From: an uncultured Pelagibacteraceae bacterium
Lineage (GTDB): Bacteria; Pseudomonadota; Alphaproteobacteria; Pelagibacterales; Pelagibacteraceae
Direction of reading: 5' to 3'
Assembly: GCA_902573705.1 (NCBI GenBank)
Contig: CACGKR010000001.1
Coordinates: forward strand, 11,175-75,174
DNA length: 64,000 nucleotides
In this document: positions 31,085-40,693 of the stretch, one piece after another
Layout of the letters: every line of letters begins with the position of its first letter
How positions within the stretch are numbered: the stretch's first letter is position 1
Made by a program: the position numbers and the translations under genes
Notes under the pieces: generated by a model
Told to the model about the DNA's origin: nothing
Databases searched by the model: none
Seen by the model: the letters and a program-made list of their open reading frames with translations, nothing else

Positions 31085-32664
31085 GAATTTAAAATAAAAT
31101 CTGAAGCTCGCTCTCCTATCATCAAAGTAGGGGCATTAAGATTACCACTTGTTATTTCTGGCATCACTGAAGCATCAGCAACTCTAATATTTTTTAAACC
31201 ATGAATTCTAAGTTTTTCATCAACAACTGCCGTATCATCAAACCCCATTTTTAAAGTGCATGAAGGATGATAGGCAGTTTCAGCTTTAGATCTAATATAA
31301 TCAATAATTTCATTTTCACTTTCAGCATTATCTCCAGGTCCAATTTCCTTACCCGCATAAGGCTTCATTGAATTTTGACTTAATATTTTTCTTGCTACTT
31401 TTACACATTTTACAGTCTCATTTAAATCGTATTCATTTTCTAAATAATTAAATTGAATTTTTGGATATTCATAAGGATTGGAGCTATTGAGAGTTATATG
31501 GCCTCTGCTCTTTGGTTGATTTAAACTTGCATGAAGTTGATATCCATGTCTGTCAGGATCTACATTTCCATGATCAATTACAAAAGCAGGAAAAAAATGA
31601 AATTGTATATTTGGATATTCTTTATCTGCTGAAGATTTACAAAATCCACCTGCTTCTAAGAATGATGTTGCACACGGACCACTTTTATTTAAAAACCATT
31701 GAATACCTATCTTTAACATACTTAGTTTATTAACGTATGAATATAAAGTATCGGGTGTTTTGCACTCTTGCTGAATATAAGTTTCTAAATGATCCTGAAG
31801 ATTTTTTCCAACTCCCTTTAAATTATGAACTACCTCAATACCTTTTTCTTTCAAATGTTCAGCTGGACCAACTCCAGAAACCATTAATAATTGTGGAGAA
31901 TTTATTGAGCCACCACTAAGAATAACCTCTTTATTCGCATAAATTTTTTTAACTTTATCTTTTATTTTAACTTCAATACCGATTGCTTTTTTCCCCTCAA
32001 AAATTATCTTTTCCACGAAAGACTGAGTAAAAATTTGTAAGTTGTCTCTTTTTTTTACAGGATTTAAATAATATTTTGAGGCACTTGCTCTTTCACCTTT
32101 GTGAATTGTTACATCATACATGCCAAATCCCTCTTGATCTTTTCCATTCATATCATAATTTAACTTATATCCTGCTTCTTCTGCAGAATTTAAGAAAGCT
32201 TTAAATAAAGGATTTTTGTTTTTAGACTGATTAATTGGCAGTATACCATTTCCACCTCTAAATTCATTTTCTCCTTCTGACCAAGTTTCAATTTTTTTAA
32301 AGAAAGGTAAAACTTTTTCATATTTCCAATCCTTTAATCCAAATGAAGCCCATCTTTCATAATCATTTTTATTTCCTCTCACATAAACCATTCCATTATG
32401 TGCCGAGCACCCCCCAATCATTTTTCCTCTCGGACAAAATAATCTTCGGTTATTTAGGTATGGTTCAGGCTCTGAAAAATATTTATAGTTATATTTTGGA
32501 TCATGCATTGTATAGAGAATAGCGAGTGGCATGTTAACTTTCCAAATGTCACTATTCTTACCTGCTTCAAAGATTGCAACACTATTTTGATTATTTTCTG
32601 ATAACCTGTTAGCAAGAACACATCCTGCCGTACCAGCTCCGATAATTAAGTAATCAAATTTCAA
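31081..32664 (-). CDS. GMC oxidoreductase, choline dehydrogenase (BetA)-like
   Basis: GAGTAG, PRGKMIGGCS, GKNLQDH, YHPSCT, DASVMP, GNLNAPT; TTG start. Confidence 0.88.
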   Translation of the reverse strand: MKFDYLIIGAGTAGCVLANRLSENNQNSVAIFEAGKNSDIWKVNMPLAILYTMHDPKYNYKYFSEPEPYLNNRRLFCPRGKMIGGCSAHNGMVYVRGNKNDYERWASFGLKDWKYEKVLPFFKKIETWSEGENEFRGGNGILPINQSKNKNPLFKAFLNSAEEAGYKLNYDMNGKDQEGFGMYDVTIHKGERASASKYYLNPVKKRDNLQIFTQSFVEKIIFEGKKAIGIEVKIKDKVKKIYANKEVILSGGSINSPQLLMVSGVGPAEHLKEKGIEVVHNLKGVGKNLQDHLETYIQQECKTPDTLYSYVNKLSMLKIGIQWFLNKSGPCATSFLEAGGFCKSSADKEYPNIQFHFFPAFVIDHGNVDPDRHGYQLHASLNQPKSRGHITLNSSNPYEYPKIQFNYLENEYDLNETVKCVKVARKILSQNSMKPYAGKEIGPGDNAESENEIIDYIRSKAETAYHPSCTLKMGFDDTAVVDEKLRIHGLKNIRVADASVMPEITSGNLNAPTLMIGERASDFILNS

Positions 32665-32672
32665 AATGTTAC

Positions 32673-33512
32673 CTATTGAGGATGATCACCTTCAATAGCA
32701 ATTCTATCCATTACTCTCTCATGACCCAAACCTCTACCTGGGAAAAAATCAGTTAATCCTTGATGTAATGTGCTTCTATTATCCCAAATTGCCACTGCGT
32801 TTTCTGTCCATTTAAATCTACAAGTAAAATCTAATCGTTCTTGATGTCTAAAAATTTCATTTAAAATATCTTCACTTTCATTTTTTTCTAAATCTAAAAT
32901 TTTTTTTGTATACATTGAATTCACATATAAAATTTTTTTACCTGTTTCAGGGTGTGTTCTAACCATTGGATGTGCATTTGAATATTCATCTAAGTTTCCA
33001 TTTCCTTCCATTGCTTTATAATCTTCAGTAAAAGCTGCCGCACCTAAAGAACTGTGTATGGCTTTTTTATTATCTATTTTATCTTTAATTTTATCATCTA
33101 AAGTTTCATATGCGATTTCCATATTAGAAAACATAGTGTCTCCACCTACAGGTGGGATCTTTAAAGATCGTAAAATGATTACCTTGGTAGGTTTAGGGTT
33201 ATAACTCACATCAGTATGCCATGTTTCTCCCCATTGTCTTTTTTCATCAGGCTCTTTGATAATTCTTAAAATCTCAGGATATTTATCTCTTCCCTTGACA
33301 TATATGTGTCTTTCTAAAGGGCCAAAACGTTTGGCAAGATTAATTTGTTCCTCCGAGCTAATATCCTGATCTCTGAAAAATAGAGCTTTATGTTCTAACA
33401 ACAAATTATTAATTATATTCCAATTTTCTAAAGATGAGTCTTTTAAATTAATTCCAGAGATTTCAGCTCCTAGAGCACCTGATAACAATTTAATATCCAT
33501 TAAGATCAACAT
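32673..33512 (-). CDS. Fe(II)/2-oxoglutarate dioxygenase, TauD/AtsK family
   Basis: LGAEISG, WHTDVSY (HxD), GGDTMF, HPMVRTHPETG, WDNRSTLH; start may be ATG 33500. Confidence 0.9.
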   Translation of the reverse strand: MLILMDIKLLSGALGAEISGINLKDSSLENWNIINNLLLEHKALFFRDQDISSEEQINLAKRFGPLERHIYVKGRDKYPEILRIIKEPDEKRQWGETWHTDVSYNPKPTKVIILRSLKIPPVGGDTMFSNMEIAYETLDDKIKDKIDNKKAIHSSLGAAAFTEDYKAMEGNGNLDEYSNAHPMVRTHPETGKKILYVNSMYTKKILDLEKNESEDILNEIFRHQERLDFTCRFKWTENAVAIWDNRSTLHQGLTDFFPGRGLGHERVMDRIAIEGDHPQ

Positions 33513-33551
33513 ATTACTAGATGTTTATTTTGTCAAAATGTATAAGAGATA

Positions 33552-33887
33552 ATGACTTTGACCCAAGCATATTTATTGTTAGGAGTTGCGATTGCGGGAG
33601 AGATTATTGCAACCGGATCTCTAAAAGCCACAGAAGGATTTACTAAATGGGCACCTTCACTCATTTCTGTAGCAGCAATTATTGTTTGTATGTATACGAT
33701 GTCTCACGTAATGAGAATATTACCTATAGGAATAACCTATGCCACTTGGTCAGGGGTAGGAATTGTTGCATTATCTTTATGGGGTATTTATAAATATAAA
33801 CAAATACCAAATATACCAACTATAGTAGGCTTACTATTTATTATAGTTGGAGTTATCATTGTAAACACAATGAACAATAATCAGTAA
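33552..33887 (+). CDS. Small multidrug resistance (SMR/EmrE-like) transporter
   Basis: Four TMs, membrane Glu (AGEIIAT), KATEGF, PIGITYATWSGVG. Confidence 0.9.
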   Translation: MTLTQAYLLLGVAIAGEIIATGSLKATEGFTKWAPSLISVAAIIVCMYTMSHVMRILPIGITYATWSGVGIVALSLWGIYKYKQIPNIPTIVGLLFIIVGVIIVNTMNNNQ

Positions 33888-33936
33888 ATTATTTTTTTTA
33901 TATCCTTAAGATTTTTATTATATTATAAATACTTTA

Positions 33937-34824
33937 ATGAGTAATAAAGTATTTATATCATGTGCAGTTACAGGTTCAGGTGATACAGCAAGTAAACATC
34001 CTGATTTACCTAAAACTCCTGAACAAATAGCCAAAGCCTCTATTGAAGCTGCAAAAGCTGGTGCAGCAATAGCTCACATACATGTAAGAGAAGAAGATGG
34101 AACTCCAAGTAGAAGATTAGATTTATACAAAGAGGTGGTAGATAGAATTCGATCAAGTGATACTGATGTAGTATTAAATTTAACTACAGGGATGGGTGGA
34201 GATTTAGATATTGGACAAGGAAGTAATCCTTTAGAATTTGGACCATTGACCGATATGGCAAATGTTATGGAAAGAATAGCAAATGTAGAACAGTTTCTTC
34301 CAGAAATTTGCACTTTAGATGCAGGAACATTAAATTTTGGAGATAGCTCTGTGATAACAGTTAATACTCCTAATGATTTAAGAAAAGCAGCAAAAAAATT
34401 GAAAGAATTAAAAGTTAAACCTGAAATAGAAGCTTTTGATTTAGGTAATATGTGGTTTGGATCTCAACTATATAAAGAGGGATTGTTAAGCGATCCTCCA
34501 CTGTTTCAAATGTGCTTAGGTATTCCTTGGGGAGCACCTGCCACAACTCTAGCAATGCAAGCAATGAAAGAAATACTTCCAACAGAAGCGGTATGGTCTG
34601 GCTTTGCCATCTCAAAAAATGAAATGCCTTTTGTAGCCCAAACAGTTCTAATGGGAGGTAATCCAAGGGTTGGATTAGAGGATAATTTATATTTATCAAA
34701 AGGAAAATTAGCAACAAATGCCCAATTAGTTGAAAAAGCTAAAAGAATTGTAGAAGAATTAGGTTATTCAACTATGACGCCTTCTGAAACTAGAGAAAAG
34801 TTAAAACTTGTTAAACACAAGTAA
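33937..34824 (+). CDS. Beta-keto acid cleavage enzyme (BKACE/DUF849), probable 3-dehydrocarnitine cleavage enzyme CdhC
   Basis: CAVTG, AHIHVR, NLTTGMG, RVGLEDN; coupled to carnitine dehydrogenase. Confidence 0.88.
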   Translation: MSNKVFISCAVTGSGDTASKHPDLPKTPEQIAKASIEAAKAGAAIAHIHVREEDGTPSRRLDLYKEVVDRIRSSDTDVVLNLTTGMGGDLDIGQGSNPLEFGPLTDMANVMERIANVEQFLPEICTLDAGTLNFGDSSVITVNTPNDLRKAAKKLKELKVKPEIEAFDLGNMWFGSQLYKEGLLSDPPLFQMCLGIPWGAPATTLAMQAMKEILPTEAVWSGFAISKNEMPFVAQTVLMGGNPRVGLEDNLYLSKGKLATNAQLVEKAKRIVEELGYSTMTPSETREKLKLVKHK

Positions 34825-35765
34825 TGTCCACCATTAAAAAAGTTGCAGTCATAGGCACTGGAGTTATAGGAGCAGGATGGATAATTCGATGTTTAGCACA
34901 CAACAAGATCGTTTATGCCTTTGATAAAGATTTAACGTTAAAAAAAAAATTACTAGCCGAGATTAAAAGAACTTGGCCTTATGTTAAAAAGCTTTTTAAT
35001 AAAAAGAAACTTAATTTTAAAAATTTTAAATATTTTACCTCTATTCAAGAAACTTTGAAGGATGCTGATTTTATTCAGGAATGTGCAACTGAAAATTATG
35101 TTTTAAAAACTAAGTTGATGAAAATCATAGGAAATTATGCAAAATCAAATGCAATTATTTCCTCTAGTTCTTCTGGATTGTTGCCAACAAGAATTTATTC
35201 ACAATGTAAAAAACCTGAACGAACAATGATTGGACACCCTTTTAACCCCGTTTATTTATTACCAGCCGTTGAAATTGTACCTGGAAAAAAAACAGCCAAG
35301 AAATATCTAAACAAAGCTAATAAATTCTATAAGTCAATTTCCATGAACCCAATAATAGTTAAACATGAGCTACCAGGTTATTTATCAGATAGACTTCAAG
35401 AGGCTTTATGGAGAGAAGGACTTCATATAATTAATGAAGGACATGCAACTACAGAAGATTTAGATAGAGCTATAGAGGATGGGCCAGGTTTAAGGTGGTC
35501 GTTAATGGGTACATTTTTAACTTTTCATTTAGCTGGAGGAAAATCCGGAATGAAACATATGTTGGAACAATTTGGACCAGCCTTAAAACTACCATGGACT
35601 AAATTAAAAGCTCCAAAATTATCTAATAAATTGATTAATAGATTGGTACTAGGAACTAAAAAACAATCTAAAGGGCGATCTGTTTCAAAAATATCAAATA
35701 TTAGAGATGAATATTTAGTTAAACTTCAACAACTAAGAAAAAAATACGAAAAAAAATTAAGATAA
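34824..35765 (+). CDS. lcdH: L-carnitine 3-dehydrogenase
   Basis: GTGVIGAGW, SSSSSGL, GHPFNPVYLLP, DRLQEALWRE, GPGLRW, FGPALKLPWTKL. Confidence 0.85.
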   Translation: MSTIKKVAVIGTGVIGAGWIIRCLAHNKIVYAFDKDLTLKKKLLAEIKRTWPYVKKLFNKKKLNFKNFKYFTSIQETLKDADFIQECATENYVLKTKLMKIIGNYAKSNAIISSSSSGLLPTRIYSQCKKPERTMIGHPFNPVYLLPAVEIVPGKKTAKKYLNKANKFYKSISMNPIIVKHELPGYLSDRLQEALWREGLHIINEGHATTEDLDRAIEDGPGLRWSLMGTFLTFHLAGGKSGMKHMLEQFGPALKLPWTKLKAPKLSNKLINRLVLGTKKQSKGRSVSKISNIRDEYLVKLQQLRKKYEKKLR

Positions 35766-35766
35766 A

Positions 35767-36555
35767 TTAGTCATTTCTTTCTGTATGTCCGTCTACGGAT
35801 ATAACTTGACCAGATACTCTTAATGAGTCATCTGAAATTAAAAAGGAACACATTTTACCTATATCATCTTCTAATATCCATTGCTTCATTGAACTCATCG
35901 AAATAAAATCCTTTTCAATTTTTTTTGGAGAAACTTTTTTAAACTTTGCCTTATCTCGTATAACTCTCTTCATTCTGTCACCTTTAATAGTTCCAGGACA
36001 AACAGCATTTACTCTAATATTATATCTACCAAGTTCCATAGCTAAAGTTTTTGTAATACCAATAATTGCCCATTTACTGGCTGCGTAAGGAGAACGCAGC
36101 GGGAATCCAAGTATTCCTGCAGTCGATGAAATATTTATTATTGAGCCGTTTTTAGATTTTTTAATTAAAGGGATAGCTCTTTTAGTAAAATAAAAGTGAC
36201 TATTTATATCTACTTGTAAAGTATTTTCCCAATCTTTAGATTTAATTTTTTCTAAAGATCCCGTAGGTCCTGCAACTCCCACATTATTAATTAAAGCATC
36301 AATTTTTTTTGTTTTTTTCTTAACTTTATCAAAAAATTTAGAAACTTGATTTTCATTAGAAGCATCGCAAATGTAAGTAAATAATTTTTTATTTATTAAT
36401 GGATGCTTATTGAGTTTATTAAGAGATTTAATATCTAAATCACAAAGATAGACGAAAGCTCCTCTAGATAAACATATTTTTGCTGTAGCCAGCCCTATAC
36501 CCGATGCCCCAGCAGATATAATGATTTTCTTATTCTTAAGAGTTTGATCTGACAT
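35767..36555 (-). CDS. Short-chain dehydrogenase/reductase (SDR)
   Basis: AGASGIG, NNVG, YAASK, VNAVCPG. Confidence 0.9.
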   Translation of the reverse strand: MSDQTLKNKKIIISAGASGIGLATAKICLSRGAFVYLCDLDIKSLNKLNKHPLINKKLFTYICDASNENQVSKFFDKVKKKTKKIDALINNVGVAGPTGSLEKIKSKDWENTLQVDINSHFYFTKRAIPLIKKSKNGSIINISSTAGILGFPLRSPYAASKWAIIGITKTLAMELGRYNIRVNAVCPGTIKGDRMKRVIRDKAKFKKVSPKKIEKDFISMSSMKQWILEDDIGKMCSFLISDDSLRVSGQVISVDGHTERND

Positions 36556-36653
36556 TTGAATACTTTAATAATGAATAAGCTTAAAAAACAAGAATATTTT
36601 TTCTTATCTTATTTATCATTGAAAATTGCTTAAAAGTAAATAATTATTGTAAA

Positions 36654-37778
36654 ATGCCTAGTATTTCGAAAATAGAAAAAGATGAAAATAATCTTAATAT
36701 TAAATGGAGTGACGGAGAGGTAAGTAGTTTCAATTACCTATGGCTAAGAGATAATTGTCCTACAGCACATGACAAAGACTCTAATCATCGAATGTTTAAC
36801 ATTCTCGATGTTTCAACAAATCTCAATGCGGAAAACTTTAAGGTAAATAATGATGGTAAACTAGTAATTAAATGGAGCGAAGGAAATCATGTAAGTTACT
36901 ATGATACGGACTGGCTTAGAAAAAATTGTTATACTCTAAAAAATAAAAAAAAATATATTTCTCCTTATCAATTATGGGACAACTCATTAGAGAAAGAAAT
37001 AGATTCTATTTGTATTGAACACGATGAAATATTGAATACAGAAAAGGGACTTATAAAATGGCTAGAATTATTACACCATAAAGGAATTGCTATAGTAAAG
37101 AATTCACCAACAGAAAAAAAATCGGCTTTTAAAGTTCTGAATAGAATAAGTCATATTAGACAAACTTTTTTCGATACTCCATTTGAAGTTATTAATATTC
37201 CAAAACCAAATAATTCAGCTTATACAGCTCATGAGCTTAAGAATCATATGGACCTTCCATGGTTTGAAAATCCTCCTGGTTACCAATTTCTTCATTGTTT
37301 AATCAATTCAGCAAAGGGTGGTGACTCATCAGCAGTTGATGCATTTAAAGTCGCAGATTTTTTAAGGGATAACGAAAAAGAAATTTTTGAAACTTTAGTT
37401 ACGATTCCACTTAAATTTCGTGACAAAGATTATACTCAAGAGGCTCATAGAAGTTTTTATGCTCCAGCACTTAGTCTCACTAAAGACGGGGATTTTAATG
37501 ATATAAGATTTAGTGTTGCAACTATGGATGCTTTAGACTGTCACCCAAGTGAAATGGATAGAGTATACAAAGCTCATCACAAATTGGGAAATTTGTTACA
37601 TGACGATAAATTTCAAATAAAGTTTAGACTAGAACCAGGTGATATTTTTTCTTTCAACAATAGGAGAGTATTACATGGAAGAACAGCCTTTGATCCTAAC
37701 TCCGGCCACAGACATCTTCAGGGATATTATATGGATAGGGATGAAATAATTGGAAGATTAAATTATTTAAAAAAATAA
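36654..37778 (+). CDS. Gamma-butyrobetaine dioxygenase-like Fe(II)/2OG enzyme
   Basis: N-terminal WLRDNCP and W..GNHVSYY domain, HMD, NNRRVLHGR, RHLQGYY. Confidence 0.85.
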   Translation: MPSISKIEKDENNLNIKWSDGEVSSFNYLWLRDNCPTAHDKDSNHRMFNILDVSTNLNAENFKVNNDGKLVIKWSEGNHVSYYDTDWLRKNCYTLKNKKKYISPYQLWDNSLEKEIDSICIEHDEILNTEKGLIKWLELLHHKGIAIVKNSPTEKKSAFKVLNRISHIRQTFFDTPFEVINIPKPNNSAYTAHELKNHMDLPWFENPPGYQFLHCLINSAKGGDSSAVDAFKVADFLRDNEKEIFETLVTIPLKFRDKDYTQEAHRSFYAPALSLTKDGDFNDIRFSVATMDALDCHPSEMDRVYKAHHKLGNLLHDDKFQIKFRLEPGDIFSFNNRRVLHGRTAFDPNSGHRHLQGYYMDRDEIIGRLNYLKK

Positions 37779-37793
37779 AAATTATTTTCGTAA

Positions 37794-38660
37794 TCACACC
37801 TCTTTTTTTTTTGTAGTCCTAAAAACTATCATAATTACACCCACAATTATAATTGAACCACCAATAAATAGTTCTGGTGTAGGTTTTTCTCCTAATAAAA
37901 ATATTGCTGCTAATAAACCAGTTGGGGGTATACCCATTGTTACGATCGGAAGAACTTTGTATAAAGGATTATTTTTAAGTACATAGTAAAAACAACCATA
38001 AGTAATTGGTTGCATTATAAATCCTATATAAAGTGCTATTAGCCAATGATCCAGTTTAGCAGAAAAAATATAATTTAACGAATTTCCCTCAATTAAGTTT
38101 GATAATAAAATTAGTGTTGGCCCTGAAAAAAATGCTAGCCAAGCAACTAAAGCTAATGGATTAATTTTTTTACTCAACGGTTTTACAATTACTTGACCAA
38201 GTGCCCAAATAGCAGATCCTAAAATTGTTAATAAAATACCAAAAAATTTTCCGTCCAAATTTGGTGAACCTGTTAAAATATATACACCAATGAAAGCTGT
38301 AAAAATTCCAATAAGAGATCTAATTGTTGGTTTTTCTTTGAGTAAAAAATAAGCAAAAATAACTCCAAAAGGAACCTCAGTTTGAACAAGAAGTACAGCG
38401 GCAGAGGCATCAATATAGTTTAATCCAGTATAAGTTATGCTGTATTGTAAAGTATTTGCAATTAAAGAGGCAAAAAATATTTTTTTAAGATATTCTTTTG
38501 GAATAGGGAACCACCAGATTAAAATAGATGCTGCAAAAATAAATCTAATTCCCATTAAAAGAATTGGAGGAAAAGATTCAAATGCTGGTTTTGCTATTAC
38601 AAAACCAAAACCTAAAAAAATAGGAACTAGTGAAGCAATTAAGGTATCTTTTAAATTCAT
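37794..38660 (-). CDS. DMT/EamA family transporter
   Basis: About 10 TM segments, FPPILLMGIRF, LLKEK, LLGEK. Confidence 0.88.
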   Translation of the reverse strand: MNLKDTLIASLVPIFLGFGFVIAKPAFESFPPILLMGIRFIFAASILIWWFPIPKEYLKKIFFASLIANTLQYSITYTGLNYIDASAAVLLVQTEVPFGVIFAYFLLKEKPTIRSLIGIFTAFIGVYILTGSPNLDGKFFGILLTILGSAIWALGQVIVKPLSKKINPLALVAWLAFFSGPTLILLSNLIEGNSLNYIFSAKLDHWLIALYIGFIMQPITYGCFYYVLKNNPLYKVLPIVTMGIPPTGLLAAIFLLGEKPTPELFIGGSIIIVGVIMIVFRTTKKKEV

Positions 38661-38719
38661 GTAATTTTTTTTATATTAATGATTATTAAAGAACTTATGA
38701 TATATTCACTTTTTAAAAT

Positions 38720-39463
38720 ATGAATTCAACAAAAATAGAACCTAAATATAGCCCTTCCTTGAACCCAAAAGTTGGATTAATTGCACTAGCTACTGATTTT
38801 AGAATTGAAAAAGATTTTATAAGTGTAATTAAAGATCAAAGTATAGATTTCTTTGTAAATCGAATTCATTGCTATTTCCCTTTAACAAATGAGAATCTAA
38901 TTAAAATGTCTGATAGTATTACTGAAATTTCAGATGATATCTTGCCAAATGAAAAGTTAGATTGTGTAGTTTATGGATGTACATCAGGCACAATAGCATC
39001 AGGATACAGTTCAATAAAAAAAAAAATAAATTTAGCTAAACCAGATGCAAAAGTTACTACTCCAAGTACTGCCGCAGTAAATGCTTTACAAAAGTTAGGA
39101 TTAAATAAGTTGTCAATTTTTACTCCATATTCAAAAGCACTTAATGATGAAGTTGTAGAATATTTTAAAAAAGAAAATTTTGAGATCACTACTAACTCTT
39201 ATTTTGATATTTCAAATGATCTAGATATTGGAAAAATAGATGAAAATTACTTATATGAAACATTATGTGATATGGATTTAGGTAATGCTGAAGCTTTATT
39301 TATTTCATGCACTGCACTACCCGCATTATCAATAATCGATAGACTTGAAAAAAAATTGAATAAAGTTGTCCTATCCAGCAATCAAGTTTTGATATGGGAT
39401 ACTTTACAAACAATAGGTAAAAAAGATCGAATAGAAGGCTTCGGAAAACTTTTTAAAAATTAG
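38720..39463 (+). CDS. Maleate isomerase / Asp-Glu racemase family protein, EutA-like
   Basis: GLIALATD, YGCTSG, FISCTAL, SSNQ; upstream of the ectoine hydrolase. Confidence 0.8.
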   Translation: MNSTKIEPKYSPSLNPKVGLIALATDFRIEKDFISVIKDQSIDFFVNRIHCYFPLTNENLIKMSDSITEISDDILPNEKLDCVVYGCTSGTIASGYSSIKKKINLAKPDAKVTTPSTAAVNALQKLGLNKLSIFTPYSKALNDEVVEYFKKENFEITTNSYFDISNDLDIGKIDENYLYETLCDMDLGNAEALFISCTALPALSIIDRLEKKLNKVVLSSNQVLIWDTLQTIGKKDRIEGFGKLFKN

Positions 39464-39467
39464 ATCG

Positions 39468-40637
39468 ATGAATTTTTCAAAAGAAGAATACAAAAGTAGA
39501 TTAAAAAAAGTTCAAAAAATGATGCAAGATAAGAATATTGAACTTTTAATATCACATGACACAAATAACATTAACTACCTTACTGGTTATGATGCATGGT
39601 CTTTTTATTATGCACAATGTGCAATTGTCCACGTAAATTCAGAGGAACCATTGTGTTTTGTCAGAGCACAAGATGCTGGAGGAGCACATATAACCACATA
39701 TCTTAAAAAAGAAAATATTATCTTATATGACGAAAACTATATACACAAATGGCCAAGCCATCCTTATGATTATTTGGTTGAAATTATAAAACAAAAAAAA
39801 TGGGACAAATTATGTATTGGAGTTGAAATGGATGCTCATTATTTTACAGCATTTTGTCATGAAAAAATTAAAAACGGATTACCAAATTCAAAGATAAAAG
39901 ATTGTGATCGATTAGTTAATTGGGCACGATTAGTAAAATCTGAAAAAGAAATTAGCTATATGAAAGCTGCAGCAAAAATTTCTGAAAATGGCATGAAAAC
40001 TGCCATGCAAGTGATTAATCCTGGAATAAGACAGTGTGATGCTGTTGGAGAAATTCAAAAAGCATTATTCTATGGAACAGAGGAATATGGCGGTGAATAT
40101 GCAAGTATAACGACCTTATTACCAACTGGAAAAGGAACTTCAGCGTCTCATCTAACAGCAACGCAAGATAAATTTATTGAGGGGGAGGCAACTATAATTG
40201 AGTTATCAGGCGTTTATAAAAGATATCACTCACCAATGGCTAGAACGGTATTACTTGGAAAACCAGATCAATTAAAAATTGACACAATGAATAAAACGAT
40301 TGAAGCATTACACGCTGGGATTGATGCAACCAAACCCGGGAATACTGCTGATGAAGTTGCTCAAGCTTTTTGGAAAATTTTAGATAAATATGGAATAGAA
40401 AAAAAATCTAGAACTGGATATTCGATTGGTATTGGATACCCACCTGATTGGGGTGAACACACATTAAATATTTATAAGGGTGATATGACTGTATTAGAGC
40501 CCAATGTTTGCTTTCATATGATAGCTGTTATGCAATTTGGAGACTGGGGAGTAGAAGCATCTGAAGCAGTAAGAGTGACAGAAAAAGGTTCTGAACTTTT
40601 TTGTAATTTTCCTAAAGAACTTCATATTAAAAGCTAG
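39468..40637 (+). CDS. doeA: Ectoine hydrolase (M24 family, DoeA/EutD)
   Basis: YLTGYDAWSFY, LVNWARLVKS, SASHLT, RTGYSIGIGYPPDWGEHT. Confidence 0.82.
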   Translation: MNFSKEEYKSRLKKVQKMMQDKNIELLISHDTNNINYLTGYDAWSFYYAQCAIVHVNSEEPLCFVRAQDAGGAHITTYLKKENIILYDENYIHKWPSHPYDYLVEIIKQKKWDKLCIGVEMDAHYFTAFCHEKIKNGLPNSKIKDCDRLVNWARLVKSEKEISYMKAAAKISENGMKTAMQVINPGIRQCDAVGEIQKALFYGTEEYGGEYASITTLLPTGKGTSASHLTATQDKFIEGEATIIELSGVYKRYHSPMARTVLLGKPDQLKIDTMNKTIEALHAGIDATKPGNTADEVAQAFWKILDKYGIEKKSRTGYSIGIGYPPDWGEHTLNIYKGDMTVLEPNVCFHMIAVMQFGDWGVEASEAVRVTEKGSELFCNFPKELHIKS

Positions 40638-40693
40638 TTATTAGGGGTTGATATTTATACTTACAAATGTTTTAAATTCATAAATTAATTTGA

